Of a stretch of 64,000 nucleotides of DNA, positions 63,516 through 64,000 are shown piece by piece. Position 1 is the stretch's first letter. Each line of letters opens with the position of its first letter. The stretch is from a virus: the IMG/VR virus record IMGVR_UViG_3300046163_000033, positions 5,521 through 69,520 of that record; one strand, 5' to 3'. The notes beneath the pieces were generated by a model. The model was given only the letters and a program-made list of their open reading frames with translations. It did not search any database and was not told the origin of the DNA. Made by a program: the position numbers and the translations under genes.

Positions 63516-63560
63516 TTTTTGCTCCACTTTACTCTTATATATAGATGTATATATCAATAG

Positions 63561-63607
63561 TGTGACAATAGCCTATTACTCTACTACCTTAATAGCCTTA
63601 TGTCACA
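63561..63607. repeat. 18-bp imperfect inverted repeat in the divergent non-coding region
   Basis: TGTGACAATAGCCTATTA - 11 nt - TAATAGCCTTATGTCACA (15 of 18 complementary). Confidence 0.75.
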
Positions 63608-63815
63608 GTTTTCATTCTGAAAAGCTGTCAATTATATAGAAGTAAAGCATTGCTACTATCCCCCTGACTACCAGCCTGTTACGTAAAACGCATATTTTTT
63701 AGCCCACCGGGCCACTTTTTAGTATATTTCAGTAAAAACATTTCACCTTTTTACAAACTAAACACAAGTACATGTAGATAATATAAATGTAAGTAAAATA
63801 TAAATAATACACAAT

Positions 63816-63956
63816 ATGAATTTAAAAGAAATATACAAAGAATTACAAATGCTAGATGAATTTCACTCTACATTTAATCCAACTGATGAGTCAAAGTCTC
63901 GCATGAGAGAACTAATAGCACTCATACCAATATCAAAGTATGATAGAGTAAGATAA
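63816..63956 (+). CDS. Small hypothetical protein, possibly first of an early-gene arm
   Basis: 46-aa ORF MNLKEIYKELQMLDEFHSTF... with an A-rich leader, divergent from the late arm. Confidence 0.45.
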   Translation: MNLKEIYKELQMLDEFHSTFNPTDESKSRMRELIALIPISKYDRVR

Positions 63957-64000
63957 TAGTAATTAATTAAATATAATGTAAGTTAATTAGCACTCGCGTG

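Noticed and set aside
1-64000. tRNA genes, integrase, DNA polymerase
   Set aside because: None is recognisable in this window. They may lie outside it, so absence from the genome cannot be claimed.

Overview
The window is a 64-kb piece of an AT-rich, apparently lytic dsDNA tailed phage, probably a podovirus-type phage of marine Bacteroidota/Flavobacteriia. That assignment is inferred from gene content and from A-rich, Shine-Dalgarno-free starts. The + strand arm (1-10156) is a replication and nucleotide-metabolism module: sigma-70-like factor, ERF annealing protein, RecE-like exonuclease, SSB, primase-helicase, a T4 gp42-like dCMP hydroxymethylase with MazG-like neighbours, a resolvase and class Ia NrdB/NrdA. 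It meets the long - strand late arm (63443 to 10295) at a bidirectional terminator. The late arm carries about 17 kb of tail fibre genes, GroEL, GroES, endolysin, a cluster of small basic proteins, holin, a tandem-GroES-like protein, terminase, portal, scaffold, major capsid protein, tail proteins, probable ejection proteins including one of about 2,500 aa, and four exported proteins. Many genes are broken by 1-nt indels, mostly in homopolymers; I treat these as sequencing errors and rejoin the genes. Top leads: (1) a sigma-70 region-2-like domain inside the giant probable virion-injected protein; (2) a cytosine-modification module; (3) a 12-bp candidate phage promoter (CNWGTRAYWNTA) found seven times in intergenic positions; (4) two different co-chaperonins alongside GroEL. 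All family calls are from motif recognition by eye; no database searches were run.
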